From Anthoceros angustus (taxonomy: Eukaryota; Plantae; Anthocerotophyta): a stretch of DNA of 64,000 bases. The DNA is taken from positions 806,001 to 870,000 of the forward strand of contig MU008156.1 in NCBI GenBank assembly GCA_010909165.1, in the 5' to 3' direction. The position numbers and the translations under genes are program-made. Positions 14,001-28,439 of this stretch are shown here, one piece after another (positions within the stretch are counted from its first letter, which is position 1; each line of letters begins with the position of its first letter). The notes below the pieces were generated by a model. That model was not told the DNA's origin. It saw only the letters and a program-made list of their open reading frames with translations, and did not search any database.

Positions 14001-15558
14001 ATTATGTTATTGGCAAAAGAAAAGGACAAGGCTGCACTTGAGGTGGAATGTAAAAGCAAGTCGAAACATTTTTTCCTTGTGGAATGCTAGTAGCTCAACA
14101 TTTCAAATCGTTATATTTGTGCGAATGAGTTGAGAACATTGTATCGACTAGGCAATCGCAGACGGAAGAACACTATCGGATGAAGAGTTGTTATCTTTGA
14201 AATTTGAAATACCGTAAGATCCACCGCTTCCGGACCTTCAATGTATAAAAATATTGATGATCTGATTCCAATAGGCTTAAAATGTTGCACAAGAAGAAAA
14301 TTCGGACTACAGCATCCACCGCATTGCCCAAGAAGGACTGGCATCCACCGCATTGCCCAAGAAGGGATTACAGTATCCACCACATTGCCCAAAAGGACAA
14401 CAGCATCAACGACATTGACTAGAAAGGGACTACAAACATCCACAATTGAAAGTATACAGTGCATCCACGGCACCGCCATTGCAAGAAGGACTACAGTGCA
14501 TCCATAGTTGAAAGTGCATGTGCTCCATCCACGGCGCCGCCATTGCCCAAGAAGGGATTACAGGCATCCGCAGCTGAAAGTATACAGCCGCATCCACAGC
14601 CCGCCATTGCCCAAAGAGGGACCATGTGCATCCGCCTAAAAGTATGTGCTCCATCCACATCTCCGCCATTGCCCAAAGAGGGACTAGGCATCCACAACTA
14701 AAAGTACACATGCTCCATCCACAGCCCGCCATTGCCCAAAGAGGGACTACAAGCATCCACAGTTGAAAGTATACAGCATCCACCGCATTGCCCAAAAGGG
14801 ACTACAGGCATCTATGTTATTGATTGGAAAGGGACTACAGGCATCCAGGCCACCATTGCCGGCGCCCAAGAAGGTCTGTGCATCCACGAATTCCCCGCGG
14901 AGGAGCTATGACATCCACGACACCACTTAGGTTGACTCGCATGGAGAAGCAAAACAAAAAGTCACAAAAGAGCAAAAGTCTATCGATCAACATGGAAAGA
15001 AAAGATATGATTACAACTCGAATGCCAATATTTTTCGTGCTTAGAAGTTGATGATGGTTGCGAAATGGATGGCATGTCATCAATTCCAAAGTCGGAGGTT
15101 GTGAGAAAAAACAACTCATGGGGTCTCAAAGGCCCATGTTGACAAAGCAAATTCGTGTTTGATGCTGATCGTGGTAAAAATGCAATAATTCACTAGCCTT
15201 GAAGATATCAATGCCTATTGGGGACGAAGATACATTTTGATAAGGACTCTCAAACGAACTTCAATGCAATTCTTGGTGCCAACCATTTCCATGACACATG
15301 TCTACTTCCTAATGAAGACCCTTTGAATGCCATGCATTCTAGAGCAATAGCAAGGCCTCATAAGGCAAGTGGTCACAAGGCTTCAAAGAAAAAGGGAGAG
15401 TTACCGGTCCGGATCAAGAAAACAGTCTTCATATGCATGTTTTGGTCCCGATCAAGAAAAAGTCTTCATATGCATGTTTTGGAGCACGTGGTTGGATTTT
15501 CCTAGCTATTTTTATTGTTATTGGTGTGATGATTGCCTATATGTGCTTTTCACGTTAA
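11016..15558 (+). CDS. PPI: Array copy 3: PPI-like repeat protein, about 1500 aa if indels are corrected
   Basis: ORF 13478-13828 reads continuously from MIEETLELES through KMYFVKYPKPLESSYNGKIASKELEVKWY to KRYEKDNVLTMLK; TM stop at 15558. Confidence 0.6.
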
Positions 15559-16642
15559 GTTTTCGAATGACTCAAGCAAGTTTATTTTTGTAGTACGGTG
15601 TCGCTATGATGTAAGCAAGTTCACTTGAAAAATACTCCCTATGTTCTCAAATTTTTAATTTTATTTTCATCAAGAGATGAGTTTTTCATATCTTTGTCTT
15701 ATTACAAATTCCATGTATTGCTCTGCTTAGTATGGTGCTAGTTTGTTTGAACAACTTAGATGGTTGGGGGATCGGGAGGGAGGGTACGCAGAACCATCGA
15801 GCTATGCTACCTCCCATAGCATCGATCCCACGTGTATTGTCGTTGTCTAGTATATCCTACATATGGCACCTGTGTCAGTAGAATTCTTAACATGCAGATT
15901 TTGTTACAAGCATGCCTTCACATGTAAAGACCATCAAGTAGTAGATCCTCCAAAAGGAAACCTTGTACTTCTAAGTCCATCAAATACTAAGCCCATCCAA
16001 GAAAACCAATACCACCAATATGACCAAAGTTCACTGGTTTATCATAGAATAATCTTCCAATCCATACATTCTTATTAAATTTGAGCATACATTTCACTTA
16101 CCTTAAGCTCCAAAGCTAGCCTTTTCTATAAGCCGCAGACTTGCCATAATTGCACAGCTAATTTTGGGACTCCTTACAACGACACATGTATGGACTACCC
16201 CTATAGGCAACATTCTCTCTATAAATTACATAGTAATATATATAAGCGTGTTTCCAAGCATATAACTACTTCTATAAGCATGACTTGTTAATGTATATAG
16301 TTCTTAGTTTACCTCATTTTATTTTCTTATTGTATTTCAATCGGTTCTTATTTCTAGCTTTATACAACTATTTTAGGGATGGTTCTAAGTTAGGAAGTTC
16401 ATACCCCTATATGAGGATATAGGCTAGTACAAAGTCAAAAGCAAGACTACATACTCCAAGAAAAAATCTCGATAGTTCACACTATTGTGCTATATATGTA
16501 AATACAACATTTGATTGAGCTCAAGAAGCTTTATGAGTTACTTGAGTTTTTCGAATCAAAATTATTCGCCCATCGTCAAATCTCCCTTGTACGTAAATCA
16601 AACTTGTGACCTAGTTGCCTAAATCTGTCGTGGGGCATCAAG

Positions 16643-19600
16643 ATGAGCACGATGGAGAAGACTTCAAAAGCCGCGGTGTTAGAGGAGACTACAGCACCCA
16701 CTGTAGTGGAGGAGACTCTAGCACCCACGATGGTGGGAGAGACTCTAGCGCCCATGGTGGTGGAGGAGTCAACAGGACCTAAGGTGATGGCGGAGGAGGA
16801 GACTGCAAGAGCCATGGCGGTGGCCGAGCTCAAGACTCTAGCATCCACTGTGGGGGAAGAGGAGGAGACTAGTACAACAAGAGCCTGCATGGTGGAGAAG
16901 GAGGAGCATACTACAGAGCCATGGTGGAGGCGGAGGAGACTCTAGCGCCCATGGTGGAGGAGGAGGAGCACTGCAAGAGCCATAGTCATGGTGGAGGAGG
17001 AGGAGCATACTACAGAGCCACGCCATGTTGGAGGCAGAGGAGACTCCAACAGCAGCCACAAAGTGGAGGAGGAGGAGCATCGCACGAGCCATAGTCATGG
17101 TGGAGGAGGAGGAGACTACAAGAGCTACGGTGGAGGAGGAGGAGCATATTGCAGCACCCACGGTCATGGTGGAGGATGAGGAGACTCAGCAGCAAAGGAG
17201 GAGGAGGAGCATACTGCACGAGCCATAGTCATGGTGGAGGAGGAGGAGACTACAAGAGCTACGGTGGAGGAGGAGCATATTGCACCACGGTCATGTTGGA
17301 GGCAGAGGAGACTCCAGCAGCAGCAGCCAAAGTGGAGGAGGAGGAGGAGACTACAAGAGCAGGGACGATGAGGAAACTATAAGAACCACGTGCAGGTGAC
17401 AATGAGCATACTACAAGAGCCCGGAGAAGAGGAGGAGCATCTTGCACGAGCCATAGTCATGGTGGAGGATGAGGAGACTGCAGGCCACGATGGATGGGGA
17501 GGAGACTAGAAGAGCCATGGCGGTGGCCGAGCTCAAGACTCTAGCATCCACTGTGGGGAAGAGGAGGAGACTAGTACAACAAGAGCCTGCATGGTGGAGA
17601 AGGAGGAGCATACTACAGAGCCACACCATGGTGGAGGCGGAGGAGACTCGCAGCCACAAAGGGAGGAGGAGGAGCATCGCAAGAGCCATAGTCATGGTGG
17701 AGGAGGAGGAGCATCTGCAGAGCCACCATGTTGGAGGCAGAGGAGACTCCAAGCAGCCAGGGGAGGAGGAGGAGCGCATCGCACGAGCCATAGTCATGGT
17801 GGAGGAGGAGGAGACTACAAGAGCTACGGTGGAGGAGGAGGAGCAGCAAAGACCCACGGTCATGTTGGAGGCAGAGGAGACTCCAAGCACAGTGGAGGAG
17901 GAGGAGCATCGCACGAGCCATAGTCATGGTGGAGGAGGAGGAGACTACAAGAGCTACGGTGGAGGAGGAGGAGCATATTGCACCCACGGTCATGTTGGAG
18001 GCAGAGGAGACTCCAGCAGCAGCACAGTGGAGGAGGAGGAGACTACAAGAGCCACGGTGCAGGACGATGAGGAAACTATAAGAACCACGTGCAGACAATG
18101 AGCATACTACAAGAGCCCGGAGAAGAGGAGGAGCATATTGAAGGAGCCACGCCATGGTGGAGGATGAGGAGACTGCAGGAGGCCACGATGGATGGGGAGG
18201 AGACTAGAAGAGCCACAAAGTGGTGGAGGATGAGGAGACTACAAGAGCCATGTGGAGGAGGAGGGCATACCGCACGAGCCACGGCCGTGGTGGAGGATGA
18301 GCGCATTGCAGTGCACCAGTGGAGGAGGAGGAGACTACAAGACCCACATTGCATGTGGAGGAGGCATATTGCAGCGACCACGCCATGGTGGAGGATGAGG
18401 AAACCAGGAGCCAAGATGGAGGAGGAGGAGACTACACGAGCCACGTGGTGGAGGAGACTGCAGTGCTACCCACACGCGTGGTGAAGGAGGAGGAGACTAC
18501 AGAGCCACGGTGGCGGAGGAGACTCCAAAGACTACCCAAGATGGTGGAAGAGGAGCATACTACAGGAGCCAGAATGGTGGACGAGGAGAATATTACGACG
18601 CTACGGTGATGGAGGAAGAGGAGGAGACTCCAAGCAGCCACAATGGTCAAGAAGGAGGAGGAGACCCTAGTAGAAACCACGGTGGTGGTGGAGGAGGTGG
18701 AGACTCCAACATGCGCACCGACGGTGGTGGAGGATGAGGAGGAGTCTCAAACAACATCAACGGTGGTGATTGGAGGAGGAGACTCTAGCGGCCGTGTGGT
18801 GGATCCGAAGGAGGAGACTCTAGCAGATCCATGGTGTTGGAGGATCGGGAAGAGGCGCATGTTTGAGCCACGGCGGAGGAGACTCCAGACTACCCAAGAT
18901 GGTGGAAGAGGAGCATACTACAGTGAGCCATGAATGGTGGACGAGGAGAATATTACAGACGCTACGGTGATGGAGGAAGAGGAGGAGACTCCAACAGCAG
19001 CCACAATGGTCAAGAAGGAGGAGGAGACTAGAAACCACGGTGGTGGTGGAGGAGGTGGAGACTCCAACATGCGCTGCACGACCGGTGGTGGAGGATGAGG
19101 AGGAGTCTCAAACAACATCAACGGTGGTGATTCGGAGGAGGAGACTCTAGCGGCCGTGACGTGGTGGATCCAAGGAGGAGACTCAAGATCCATGGTGTTG
19201 GAGGATCGTGAAGAGGCGCATGTTTCAGAGCCACTAAGGTGGATATTTCATACGTAATCTACAACGGAGAGTAGCTCAAAATTAGGGCCCATGATAGAGG
19301 AGACTCTAGAATTAGAATCGATGGAGGAGACTCTAGAATCCATGCATATGGCGGCGAAGAGTCCAAAATCGACTCCATGGCGGAGGAGAGTCCGGAATCA
19401 AAATCCACGGTGGAGGAGACTCAAAACCAAAATCCACTAAGGATACAAAATGTATTTTGTCAAATATCCAAAGCCTCTTGAAAGTTCATACAATGGAAAA
19501 ATTGCATCAAAGGAGCTTGAAGTGAAGTGGTATGTGGAGTGCGATGTTTTACATGCTGGAGTTGTATTCAAAAGGCATGAGAAGGACAACGTGCTCACTA

Positions 19601-21351
19601 TGTTGAAAAGCAGCAACTAGCTCAACTCATGAGTTAGACCTTGCTAAACTACAAAGACAAAAACTAGCTTAGAACAAGAGATAAAACATTTCAACAAGAA
19701 GGGAATTAGAAAATGAAAAGCAATGAAGCATATCAAGAGCTCCAAGCATTGCATGTGGAGAAGAATGCGAGCATGAAGCATACAATGAAAATCGCAAAGG
19801 GATCAAATATTATGTTATTGGCAAAAGAAAAGGACAAGGCTGCACTTGAGGTGGAATGTAAAAGCAAGTCGAAACATTTTTTCCTTGTGGAATGCTAGTA
19901 GCTCAACATTTCGAAATCGTTATATTTGTGCGAATGAGTTGAGAACATTATCGACTAGGCACCGCAGACGGAAGAACACTATCGGATGAAGAGTTGTTAT
20001 CTTTGAAATTTGAAATACCGGAAGATCCACCAGTGCTTCCGGACCTTCAATGTATAAAAATATTGATGATGATTCCAATAGGCTTAAAAATGTTGCACAA
20101 GAAGAAAATTAAGATGACGCATCCACCGCATTGCCCAAGAAGGACTATGCATCCACCGCATTGCCCAAGAAGGGATTACAGCATCCACCACATTGCCCAA
20201 AAGGGACAACAGCATCAACGACATTGACTAGAAAAGGACTACAAACATCCACAATTGAAAGTATACATGCATCCACGGCACCGCCATTGCAAGAAGGACT
20301 ACAGCATCCATAGTTGAAAGTGTACTGTGCTCCATCCACGGCGCCATTGCCCAAAGAGGGACTAGCATCCGCAGCTTGAAAGTATACAAGCCGCATCCAC
20401 AGCCTCCGCCATTGCCCAAAGAGGGACTCTGTGCATCCACAATTGAAAGTATGTGCTCCATCCACATCTCCGCCATTGCCCAAAGAGGGACTACATCCAC
20501 AACTAAAAGTACACATGCTCCATCCACAGCTCCGCCATTGCCCAAAGAGGGACTACAAGCATCCAGCTGAAAGTATGCATCCACCGCATTGCCCAAAAGG
20601 GACTACTGCATCTATGTTATTGATTGGAAAGGACTACAGCATCCACAGCGCCACCATTGCCGGCGCCCAAGAAGGTCTACAGCCATCATCCCCCGCTGAG
20701 GAGCTACGGACATCCACGACACCACTTAGGTTGACTCGCATGGAGAAGCAAAACAAAAAGTCACAAAAGAGCAAAAGTCTATCGATCAACATGGAAAGAA
20801 AAGATATGATTACAACTCGAATGCCAATATTTTTCGCTTAGAAGTTGATGATGGTTGCGAAATGGATGGCATGTCATCAATTCCAAAGTCGGAGGTTGTG
20901 AGAAAAACAACTCATGGGGTCTCAAAGGCCCATGTTGACAAAGCAAATTCGTGTTTTGGATGCTGATCGGTAAAATGCAATAATTCACTAGCCTTGAAGA
21001 TATCAATGCCTATTGGGGACGAAGATACATTTTTGATAAGGACTCTCAAACGAACTTCAATGCAATTCTTGGTGCCAACCATTTCCATGACACATGTCTA
21101 CTTCCTAATGAAGACCCTTTGAATGCCATGCATTCTAGAGCAATAGCAAGGCCTCATAAGGCAAGTGGTCACAAGGCTTCAAAGAAAAAGGAGAGTTGCT
21201 GGTCCGGATCAAGAAAAACAATTCATATGCATGTTTTGGTCCCGATCAAGAAAAAGTCTTCATATGCATGTTTTGGAGCACGTGGTTGGATTTTCCTAGC
21301 TATTTTATTGTTATTGGTGTGATGATTGCCTATATGTGCTTTTCACGTTAA
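16643..21351 (+). CDS. PPI: Array copy 4: PPI-like repeat protein, about 1570 aa if indels are corrected
   Basis: ORF 16643 MSTMEKTSKAAVLEETTAPTVVEETLAPT. This copy keeps tttcgaaatcgttat (F-R-N-R-Y) near 19910. Confidence 0.6.
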
Positions 21352-22425
21352 GTTTTCGAATGACTCAAGCAAGTTTATTTTTGTAGTACGGTGTCGCTAT
21401 GATGTAAGCAAGTTCACTTGAAAAATACTCCCTATGTTCTCAAATTTTTAATTTTATTTTCAATCAAGAGATGAGTTTTTTCATATCTTTGTCTTATTAC
21501 AAATTCCATGTATTGCTCTGCTTAGTATGGTGCTAGTTTGTTTGAACAACTTAGATGGTTGGGGATCGGGAGGGAGGTGCAGAACCATCGAGCTATGCTA
21601 CCTCCCATAGCATCGATCCCACGGTATTGTCGTTGTCTAGTATATCCTACATATGGCACCGGTGTCTAGTAGAATTCTTAACATGCGATTTTGTTACAAG
21701 CATGCCTTCACATGTAAAGACCATCAAGTAGTAGATCCTCCAAAAGGAAACCTTGTACTTCTAAGTCCATCAAATACTAAGCCCATCCAAGAAAACCAAT
21801 ACCACCAATATGACCAAAGTTCACTGGTTTATCATAGAATAATCTTCCAATCCATACATTCTTATTAAATTTGAGCATACATTTCACTTACCTTAAGCTC
21901 CAAAGCTAGCCTTTTCTATAAGCCGCATACTTGCCATAATTGCACAGTTGCTAATTTTGGGACTCCTTACAATGACACATGTATGGACTACCCCTATAGA
22001 CAACATTCTCTCTATAAATTACGTAGTAATATATATAAGCGTGTTTCCAAGCATATAACTACTTCTATAAGCATGACTTGTTAATGTATATAGTTCTTAG
22101 TTTACCTCATTTTATTTTCTTATTGTATTTCACTGGTTCTTATTTCTAGCTTTATACAACTATTTTAGGGATGGTTCTAAGTTAGGAAGTTCATACCCCT
22201 ATATGAGGATATAGGCTAGTACAAAGTCAAGCATTACATACTCCAAGAAAAATCTCGATAGTTCACACTATTGTGCTATATATGTAAATACAACATTTGA
22301 TTGAGCTCAAGAAGCTTTATGAGTTACTTGAGTTTTTCGAATCAAAATTATTCGCCTACCGGGTCAAATCTCCTTGTACGAAATCAAACTTGTGACCTAG
22401 TTGCCTAACCGTGTGGGGCATCAAG

Positions 22426-25400
22426 ATGAGCACGATGGAGAAGACTTCAAAAGCCGGCGGTGTTAGAGGAGACTACAAGACCCACCGTAGTGGAGGAGAC
22501 TCTAGCACCCACGATGGTGGGAGAGACTCTAGCGCCCATGGTGGTGGAGGAGTCAGGACCCAAGGTGATGGCGGAGGAGGAGGCGCAAGAGCCATGGCGG
22601 TGGCCGAGCTCAAGACTCTAGCATCCACTGTGGGGAAGAGGAGGAGACTAGTACAACAAGAGCCTGCATGGTGGAGAAGGAGGAGCATACTACAGTGAGC
22701 CACAGTCATGGTGGAGGCGGAGGAGACTCCAGCAGCGCCACAAGTGGAGGAGGAGGAGCACTGCAAGAGCCATAGTCATGGTGGAGGAGGAGGAGCATCT
22801 GCAGAGCCACATCATGTTGGAGGCAGAGGAGACTCCAGCAGCCACAGTGGAGGAGGAGGAGCATCTGCAAGAGCCATAGTCATGGTGGAGGAGGAGGAGA
22901 CTACAAGAGCTACGTGGAGGAGGAGGCATATTGCAGACCCACGGTCATGTTGGAGGCAGAGGAGACTCAGCAGCAGCCACAAGGGAGGAGGAGGAGCACT
23001 GCATCACGAGCCATAGTCATGGTGGAGGAGGAGGAGACTACAAGAGCTACGGTGGAGGAGGAGGAGCATATTGCACCCACGGTCATGTTGGGCGGAGGAG
23101 ACTCCAGGCAGCCAGTGGAGGAGGAGACTACAAGAGCCACGGTGGTGGACGATGAGGAAACTATAAGAACCACAGTGCGGGACAATGAGCATACTACAAG
23201 AGCCCCGGAGAAGAGGAGGAGCATATTGAAGGAGCCACGGTCATGGTGGAGGATGAGGAGACTGCAGGCCACGATGGATGGGGAGGAGACTAGAAGAGCC
23301 ACAGGGTGGAGGATGAGGAGACTACAAGAGCACGGTGGAGGAGGAGGGGCATCTGCACGAGCCACGGCCGTGGTGGAGGAGACTGCAGTGCAGCCACGTG
23401 GAGGAGACTGCAGTGGAGGAGGAGGAGACTACAAGACCCACATTGCATGTGGAGGACGAGCATATTGCACACCACGCTCATGGTGGAGGATGAGGAAACT
23501 ACAGGAGCCAACCATGTTGGAGGCGAGGAGACTGCAGTGGAGGAGGAGGAGCGATCGCACGAGCCATAGTCATGGTGGAGGAGGAGGAGACTACAAGAGC
23601 TACAGTGGAGGAGGAGGAGCATATTAAAAGACCCACGGTCATGTTGGAGGCAGGAGACTCAGCAGCAGCCAAGGAGGAGGAGGAGCACCGCAGAGCCACC
23701 ATGTTGGAGGCAGAGGAGACTCCAACAGCAGCCAGTGGAGGAGGAGGAGCGCACGAGCCATAGTCATGGTGGAGGAGGAGGAGACTACAAGAGCTACGGT
23801 GGAGGAGGAGGAGCATATTGCAGACCCACGGTCATGTTGGAGGCAGAGGAGACTCAGCAGCAGCCCAAAGTGGAGGAGGAGGAGCACCGCACGAGCCATA
23901 GTCATGGTGGAGGAGGAGGAGACTACAAGAGCTACGGTGGAGGAGGAGGAGCATATTGCAGCACCACGGTCATGTTGGAGGAGGAGACTCCAGGCAGCCA
24001 CAGTGGAGGAGGAGGAGACTACAAGAGCTACGGTGGTGGACGATGAGGAAACTATAAGAACCACAGTGGTGACAATGAGCATACTACAAGAGCCCCGGAG
24101 AAGAGGAGGAGCATATTGAAGGAGCCACCATGGTGGAGGATGAGGAGACTGCAGGCCACGATGGATGGGGAGGAGACTAGAAGAGCCACAGTGGTGGAGG
24201 ATGAGGAGACTACAAGAGCTACGGTGGAGGAGGAGGGGCATATCGCACGAGCCACGGCCGTGGTGGAGGATGAGGATGCAGTGCAGCCAGTGGAGGAGGA
24301 GGAGACTACAAGACCCACATTGCATGTGGAGGACGAGCATATTGCAGCGACCACGCCATCATGGTGGAGGATGAGGAAACTACAGGAGCCAAGATGGAGG
24401 AGGAGGAGACTACACGAGCCACGGTGGAGGAGACTGCAGTGCTACCCACACGCGTGGTGAAGGAGGAGGAGACTACAGAGCCACGGTGGCGGAGGAGACT
24501 CCAGACTACCCAAGATGGTGGAAGAGGAGCATACTACAAGAGCCACGAATGGTGGACGAGGAGAATATGCACGCTACGGTGATGGAGGAAGAGGAGGAGA
24601 CTCCAACAAAGCAGCCACAATGGTCAAGAAGGAGGAGGAGACCTAGTAGAAACCACGGTGGTGGTGGAGGAGGTGGAGACTCCAACATGCGCTGCACCGA
24701 CGGTGGTGGAGGATGAGGAGTCTCAAACAACATCAACGGTGGTGATTCCGGAGGAGGAGACTCTAGCGGTGACGCTGGTGGATCCGAGGAGGAGACTCTA
24801 GCAGATCCATGGTGTTGGAGGATCGTGAAGAGGCGCATGTTTGAGCCACGGTGATGAGGAGACTCAAAGACTACCCAAGATGGTGGAAGAGGAGCATACT
24901 ACAGTGAGCCACAGAATGGTGGAGGAGGGGCATATCGCACGAGCCACGGTGATGGAGGAAGAGGAGGAGACTCCAACAGCAGCCACAATGGTCAAGAAGG
25001 AGGAGGAGACCTAGTAGAAACCACGGTGGTGGTGGAGGAGGTGGAGACTCCAACATGCGCCGTGCCGACGGTGGTGGAGGATGAGGAGGAGTCTCAAACA
25101 ACATCAACGGTGGTGATTCCGGAGGAGGAGACTCTAGCGGTGTGACTGGTGGATCCGAAGGAGGAGACTCTAGCAAGATCCATGGTGTTGGAGGATCGGG
25201 AAGAGGCGCATGTTTCGTGAGCCACTAAGGTGGATATTTCATACGTAATCTACAACGGAGAGTAGCTCAAAATTAGGGCCCATGATAGAGGAGACTCTAG
25301 AATTAGAATCGACGGAGGAGACTCTAGAATCCATGCATATGGCGGCGAAGAGTCCAAAATCGACTCCATGGCGGAGGAGAGTCCGGAATCAAAATCCACG

Positions 25401-27371
25401 GTGGAGGAGACTCCAAAACCAAAATCCACTGGCAGAAGGATACAAAATGTATTTTGTCAAATATCCAAAGCCTCTTGAAAGTTCATACAATGGAAAAATT
25501 GCATCAAAGGAGCTTGAAGTGAAGTGGTATGGAGTGCGAGATGTTTTACATGCCGGAGTTGTATTCAAAAGGTATGAGAAGGACAACGTGCTCACTATGT
25601 TGAAAAGCAGGTAGCAACTAGCTCAACTCATGAGTTAGACCTTGCTAAACTACAAAGACAAAAACTAGCTTAGAACAAGAGATAAACACTTCAACAAGAA
25701 AGGGAATTAGAAAATGAAAAGCAATGAAAGCATATCAAGAGCTCCAAGCATTGCACAGGAGAAGAATGCGGAGCATGAAGCATACAATGAAAATCGCAAA
25801 GGGATCGAAATATTATGTTATTGGCAAAAGAAAAGGACAAGGCGCACTTGAGGTGGAATGTAAAAGCAAGTGAAACATTTTTTCCTTGTGGAATGCTAGT
25901 AGCTCAACATTTCAAATCGTTATATTTGTGCGAATGAGTTGAGAACATTGTATCGACTAGGCACCGCAGACGGAAGAACACTATCGGATGAAGAGTTGTT
26001 ATCTTTGAAATTTGAAATACCGGAAGATCCACCAAGTGCTTCCTGACCTTCAATGTATAAAAATATTGATGATCTGATTCCAATAGGCTTAAAAATGTTG
26101 CACAAGAAGAAAATTCGGACTACAGGCATCCACCGCATTGCCCAAGAAGGACTAGGCATCCACCGCATTGCCCAAGAAGGATTAGGCATCCACCACATTG
26201 CCCAAAAGGGACAACAGCATCAACGACATTGACTAGAAAGGGACTACAAACATCCACAATTGAAAGTATCAGTCGCATCCACGTGACCGCCATTGCAAGA
26301 AGGACTGGCATCCATAGTTGAAAGTATACAGGCTCCATCCACGGCACCGCCATTGCCCAAAGAGGGACTACGGTGCATCCGCAGCTGAAAGTATACAAGG
26401 CATCCACATCCGCCATTGCCCAAAGAGGGACTACAGCATCCACAGCTAAAAGTATACAGTGCTCCATCCACATCTCCGCCATTGCCCAAAGAGGGACTAC
26501 GAGGCATCCACAACTAAAAGTACACATGCTCCATCCACAGCCCGCCATTGCCCAAAGAGGGACTACAAGCATCCACAGTTGAAAGTATACAGCATCCACC
26601 GCATTGCCCAAAAGGACTACTGGCATCTATGTTATTGATTGGAAAGGACTACAGGCATCCACAGCCACCATTGCCGGCGCCCAAGAAGGTCTCTGAGCAT
26701 CCACGACACCCCGCGGAGGAGCCAGACATCCACGACACCACTTAGGTTGACTCGCATGGAGAAGCAAAACAAAAAGTCACAAAAGAGCAAAAGTCTATCG
26801 ATCAACATGGAAAGAAAAGATATGATTACAACTCGAATGCCAATATTTTTCGTGCTTAGAAGTTGATGATGGTTGCGAAATGGATGGCATGTCATCAATT
26901 CCAAAGTCGGGAGGTTGTGAGAAAAACAACTCATGGGGTCTCAAAGGCCCATGTTGACAAAGCAAATTCGTGTTTTGGATGTCGATCGGGTAAAATGCAA
27001 TAATTCACTAGCCTTGAAGATATCAATGCCTATTGGGGACGAAGATACATTTTTGATAAGGACTCTCAAAAGAACTTCAATGCAATTCTTGGTGCCAACC
27101 ATTTCCATGACACATGTCTACTTCCTAATGAAGACCCTTTGAATGCCATGCATTCTAGAGCACAGCAAGGCCTCATAAGGCAAGTGGTCACAAGGCTTCA
27201 AAGAAAAAGGAGAGTTATTGGTCCGGATCAAGAAAAAGTCTTCATATGCATGTTTTGGTCCCGATCAAGAAAAAGTCTTCATATGCATGTTTTGGAGCAC
27301 GTGGTTGGATTTTCCTAGCTATTTTTATTGTTATTGGTGTGATGATTGCCTATATGTGCTTTTCACGTTAA
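22426..27371 (+). CDS. PPI: Array copy 5: PPI-like repeat protein, about 1650 aa if indels are corrected
   Basis: ORF 25282-25614 covers the start of the core; TM stop at 27371. Confidence 0.6.
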
Positions 27372-28439
27372 GTTTTCGAATGACTCAAGCAAGTTTATTT
27401 TTGTAGTACTGTCGCTATGATGTAAGCAAGTTCACTTGAAAATACTCCCTATGTTCTCAAATTTTTAATTTTATTTTCACCAAGAGATGAGTTTTTTCAT
27501 ATCTTTGTCTTATTACAAATTCCATGTATTGCTCTGCTTAGTATGGTGCTAGTTTGTTTGAACAACTTAGATGGTTGGGGGATCGGGAGGGAGGGCAGGT
27601 AAACCATCGAGCTATGCTACCTCCCATAGCATCGATCCCACGTGTATTGTCGCGGTTCAGTATATCCTACATATGGCACCGTTCAGTAGAATTCTTAACA
27701 TGCAGATTTTGTTACAAGCATGCCTTCACATGTAAAGACCATCAAGTAGTAGATCCTCCAAAAGGAAACCTTGTACTTCTAAGTCCATCAAATACTAAGC
27801 CCATCCAAGAAAACCAATACCACCAATATGACCAGTTCACTGGTTTATCATAGAATAATCTTCCAATCCATACATTCTTATTAAATTTGAGCATACATTT
27901 CACTTACCTTAAGCTCCAAAGCTAGCCTTTTCTATAAGCCGCAGACTTGCCATAATTGCATTGCTAATTTTGGGACTCCTTACAACGACATGTATGGACA
28001 CCCCTATAGGCAACATTCTCTCTATAAATTACATAGTAATATATATAAGCGTGTTTCCAAGCATATAACTACTTCTATAAGCATGACTTGTTAATGTATA
28101 TAGTTCTTAGTTTACCTCATTTTATTTTCTTATTGTATTTCACGGTTCTTATTTCTAGCTTTATACAACTATTTTAGGGATGGTTCTAAGTTAGAAGTTC
28201 ATACCCTATATGAGGATATAGGCTAGTACAAAGTCAAAGCAAGACTACATACTCCAAGAAAAAAATCTCGATAGTTCACACTATTGTGCTATATATGTAA
28301 ATACAACATTTGATTGAGCTCAAGAAGCTTTATGAGTTACTTGAGTTTTTTCGAATCAAAATTATTCGCCATCGGTCAAATCTCCCTTGTACGAAATCAA
28401 ACTTGTGACCTAGTTGCCTAAATGTCGTGGGGCATCAAG